Part shown: positions 60,063-64,000 of the stretch, in pieces
Layout: every line of letters starts with the position of its first letter
Numbering within the stretch: the stretch's first letter is position 1
From: an uncultured Acidobacteriota bacterium
Lineage (GTDB): Bacteria > Acidobacteriota > JAQAZP01
Direction of reading: 5' to 3'
NCBI GenBank assembly: GCA_963836075.1
Contig: CAWIIB010000009.1
Span: forward strand, 1,344,001 to 1,408,000
Length of the DNA stretch: 64,000 nt
Notes under the pieces: model-generated
What the model saw: only the letters and a program-made list of their open reading frames with translations
The model's database searches: none
Told to the model about the DNA's origin: nothing
Position numbers and translations under genes: made by a program

Positions 60063-60530
60063 GTGAACATCCTCTTTGTCTGCACCGGCAACATGTGCCG
60101 CAGCCCTTTCGGCGAATACTGCCTCGAGGACCGCCTGAAACAGGAACCGGAGGCCTCCCGCCCGACGGTCACCGCGGGTTCGGCCGGAACCATGGTTTCC
60201 GAAGGCCACCCGGCCGCCGAGGATGCCGTTACCTATGCCGTGGAATTCGGACTCTCCCTGGAGAACCACCGGGCGCGGCAGTTGAGCGAGGAACTGCTGG
60301 ATGACGCGGACCTGGTGCTGGTGATGGACCGCTCCCACGAGAAGATGATCCTCGCCTTCTGGTCCCACCACCGGGAGAAGGTGCGTTACATGACCGAGTT
60401 CGACCCTCAGGGCAAGGGGAAGAAGAAGGACGTGGCCGACCCCTACGGCAACTCGGCCCGGGTCTACCGCAAGAGCTTCCAGCTCATCGAGCGTTGTGTG
60501 GACGGTCTGGTGGACAGCCTGCGCTCCTGA
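60063..60530 (+). CDS. Low-molecular-weight protein tyrosine/arginine phosphatase
   Basis: ILFVCTGNMCRS P-loop, SAGT, DVADPY. Confidence 0.92.
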   Translation: MNILFVCTGNMCRSPFGEYCLEDRLKQEPEASRPTVTAGSAGTMVSEGHPAAEDAVTYAVEFGLSLENHRARQLSEELLDDADLVLVMDRSHEKMILAFWSHHREKVRYMTEFDPQGKGKKKDVADPYGNSARVYRKSFQLIERCVDGLVDSLRS

Positions 60531-60552
60531 GGACAGACCTGATTCGCTCTGA

Positions 60553-63500
60553 TCACCCCTGCCGTTTGGCCCGCCACAGTGCCGCCTCCGCGGCATTGCC
60601 CCATGATTCGTACAGCTCCACCAGCGCCCGGATCACCCGCTGGCACTGGAAGTGGCTGTCATCGTGGGTTTCGCGCAACAGCTCGTAGGCGCTGGTCAGT
60701 TCGGTTTCAGCCTGCTGGAACCGGCCGGCCCGGGTAAGGTGAAGGCCGTGATGCCGCAGGGCCTTGGCCCGAGCCCCGGGGAGTTCCTCTTCGTAGCGGC
60801 TCATGGTCTTTTCGAACAGTGCGTCCGCCTCATCCAGCGAGCCCTCCTGGCTCAGGGCGCTGGCGGTGAGCAGGTCGCAGGCGGCCACCAGGGCGTCGTC
60901 TTCACCCAGCGCGTCCACCGCGATCACCCGGGCCTGCACCATCAACTCCCTGACCTTTTGGGTATTGCCGTGTTCCAGTTCCACCTGCGCCAGGTCGCGC
61001 ATGGCGATGGCGATGGCACGGTGGTTGGGGCCCACCAGCACCGGATACTCCTCTAGCACCTGCTCGAAGATGTCGGCTGCTTCGTCCAGCCGGCCCTGGG
61101 CGTAGCGTGTGCTGCCCAGATCGTGCAGGGAGACGGAGACCAGCACGTGTTCCTCGCCGAGGATCTTGATCCGGACCCTGCGGGCCTCTTCGAACCAGCG
61201 GGCGGATTCCTCCAGCTGGCCCATGCCGCGCAGGGTGCGGCCGAGGTTGTTCATCACCAGCGCCGTGTCCTGTTGTTCACGGCCGAAGGCCTTCTCGTAG
61301 GCCGTCAGTGACTGGCGGAACATGGTCTCGGCCTTGGCCAGTTCGCCCCGCTGGTAGTGCCCGTAGGCGATGTTGTGCAGGGTGGTCAGGGTGTCGGGGT
61401 GGTCATCGCCCAGTTGCTCCCGGCGGATCTCGAGGATCCTGCGGTTCAACCGCTCGTTCTCCTCGATGTCGCCGGTTTCACCGAGGATCACTGCCAGGGT
61501 GCCCATGGCTTCGGCCGTCTGCAGGTTTTCCGGCCCGAAGATTTCCTCGGTCATGGCCAGACCTTCACGGGCACTGGCCACCGCCTCGTCGTATTGCCCG
61601 AGACGCTGCAGGCAGCGGGCGAAGCTGCTCAGGGCCTCGGCCAGCTTGGGGTGCGAGTCGCCGTAGATCCGCTTGCTGGTCTCCAGGGCCTGACGAAAGC
61701 GCGCCTCGGATTTCTTGTAGTCGTTCTGGTAGTAGGCCAGCCAGGCCATGTTGTGCAGGTCGGTGACGGTGAAGGGGTGGTCGGCCCCCAGGACGCGGGT
61801 GTGGATCTCCAGGGCTTCCTCGTACAGCGGTTCCGCCTCCGGGAAGCGCCCGAGGTGCATCATCAGGTTGCCCAGGCTGTTCAGGCTGATCGCCAGCTCA
61901 TCCAGATGTTCTTCCCCCAGCACCTCGCGCTGGATGTCGATGGCCTCCAGCAGCGGGGCTTCGGCTTCGGCATAGCGGTCCTGGGAGACGAGGATGTTGG
62001 CCAGGTCCCGCTGGGAATTGGCCACCTCCCGGTGGCGGTCGCCGAACAGCTGCCGGCGCATCTCCAGGGCTTCACCGAAACGCTGCTCGGCCTCGGCATA
62101 CTCGGCCCGGCCCCAGTGGACCTGGGCCAGGTTGTTCAGATCCTGGGCCACGTCCGAGTGCGTCGGGCCATAGGCCTCACGGTGCCGCTCCAGGGCCAGC
62201 AGATACTGCTCTTCCGCCTTCTCGAACTTGCCCAGGTCGAAATAGGTCGTGCCGATGAACGAGCGGATGGTGCCCTCCACGTCTGGTTGCCCGGCCAGCT
62301 CCTCGCCGACTTTTTCTTCCGTCTCGCTGAGGATCTCCTCCAGCATCTCCGTGTCGCGACCGCGGGAGACCGAGGGGCCCACACCCGCGAGCATGTCGGT
62401 GAGGAACCCGGCGGTCATCTCGGCCGTCTTCGCTTCGGTTCGGGCGTGGTTCTCGGCGGCCCTGGCCTTTACCAGGCCGATGCTGGTGCCCACCACGCCG
62501 GCGATCAGCAGCAGCGCCATGATCGCACCGGTGGCGAACACGGTACGGTGCCGTGTCACCAGTTTCTTCAGGCGGTAGGCCCGGCTGGGCGGGGACGCGG
62601 CCACCGGTTCGTTGGCGAGGTAGCGCTTGATATCCATCACCAGGCCGTTGGCGGTCTCGTAGCGCCGGGCACGGTCCTTTTCCAGGCACTTCATCACGAT
62701 CCAGTCCAGCTCTCCGCGCAGGGTGCGGGTCAGCCGATCGCTCCGCTCCCGGCGCAGCGAGGCGATCTGGTTGAGACTGGCGCCGAGGGAGCTGGCGCGG
62801 GTGCTGGGCCGCGGCGGATCCTCCTCGCGGATGATGCGCTGGATCTCGCCGAAGCCGGCGCTGAGCAGTTCTTTGGAGCTGAACGGGGTGGTGCCGGTCG
62901 AGCAGCTCGTAGAGCAGGACGCCCAGGGAGTAGATGTCGCTGCGGGTGTCCACGTCGAGGCCGGTGAGGTCCGCCTGCTCGGGGCTCATGTAGAGCGGTG
63001 TACCGATAATCTGCTTGTGCTCGGTGAAATAGGTCTTTTCGGTGAGCCGCTGGTTGGTGGCCTTGGCGATACCGAAGTCGATCACCTTGGGGACGGGCCG
63101 GCCTTCGTCTTCGCCCACCAGGACATTTGACGGTTTGATGTCGCGGTGGATGATCCCCTTCTGGTGGGCGTGCTGGACGGCACGGCAGACCTGGGAGAAC
63201 AGTTCCAGGCGCTGCTGGACGCTGTACTGGTGATGGTCGCAGTATTCGGTGATCGGCCGGCCCCGGACCAGCTCCATCACGAAGAACGGCCTGCCGGTTT
63301 CGGTGGCCCCGGCATCCAGGACCTTGGCGATGTGCGGGTGGTCCATCAGGGCCAGGGCCTGGCGTTCGGCCTCGAACCGCGCGATCACCTCCCTGGTGTC
63401 CATGCCCAGCTTGATGATCTTCAGCGCCACCCGGCGGGTGACCGGTTCCAGCTGTTCGGCCTCGTACACGGTGCCGAAACCGCCCTCGCCGATGGGCTGC

Positions 63501-63675
63501 AGCAGCCGGTAGCGGCCGATGCGGCTTGCCCGGTTCTTCCCCAGGTCCGGGCATGGCCCCGGCGGCTCCGGATGTGCCCTGGTCGTGGCTGGCGCCAATG
63601 GTTTCGGCGTCGGTGGAGTCCCCTCCGTGGGGGGAACTGAAGGAGGTGGCGATCATTGTCGTTGTCAGTGGACAT
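60553..63675 (-). CDS. Ser/Thr kinase with TM and long TPR array, frameshifted near 63630, 63527 and 62899
   Basis: [37 protein letters not shown]; kinesin-light-chain-like TPRs (GxDHP, LNNLA). Confidence 0.88.
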
Positions 63676-63797
63676 GGTTCATTCCATTCAGGAAAACAGC
63701 ACGATTAAAATGATCGAGTGAATCTATATATTATATGTATTATCAGTTGAATTGGCAAATCGGGGGAGAGGGAAGCCCGAGGGGGCCGGCGGTACAC

Positions 63798-63833
63798 AAA
63801 AACCCCCGCCAGGTTTGCACCCGGCGGGGGTTT
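63798..63833 (-). terminator. Intrinsic terminator hairpin
   Basis: AAACCCCCGCC...GGCGGGGGTTT; T5 tail on minus strand. Confidence 0.75.
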
Positions 63834-64000
63834 ATCATTCAAACTCAGTTGTAGCGATCAGCTGTCGGAGCCGGACCGCCCGCCGCGGTGCGGAAGCGCA
63901 ACTGGGCACAATTGTTGCGCCAGGAGATCGAGATTAATGTTCTGCGCCCCTCATCTCGTTTATCATCACAACCCTGGATCAGGTGATTCGCCGGAATCGG

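Overview
GC-rich bacterial chromosomal window. The gene repertoire (sulfatase-TPR proteins, FG-GAP and dockerin secreted proteins, TPR Ser/Thr kinases, Omp85 outer-membrane protein) suggests a diderm, probably Acidobacteriota; this is inference. Contents in order: 3' end of an Omp85 gene; gatB fused in frame to a peptidase-MA-like domain, then ftsEX; a divergent FHA protein / Ser-Thr kinase pair; a TolC-RND-DUF2892-PII-like-ArsR efflux operon; a NYN/cold-shock protein; a collapsed FG-GAP pseudogene; a complete Pho locus (pstSCAB converging on phoBRU plus an OprO/P porin, with Pho-box-like repeats); a structured non-coding element; murB; DPP-IV; two sulfatase-like genes; a FAD/Fe-S oxidoreductase; an ECF sigma/anti-sigma pair; three B12-type radical SAM genes; several secreted repeat proteins; a HepT/MntA toxin-antitoxin pair in a possible island remnant; a two-component system; a LMW phosphatase; and a TPR kinase. 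About ten single-base frameshifts break otherwise intact genes and are probably assembly errors. No rRNA, complete tRNA, CRISPR array or intact transposase was seen. All family calls rest on motif recognition by eye, not database searches.
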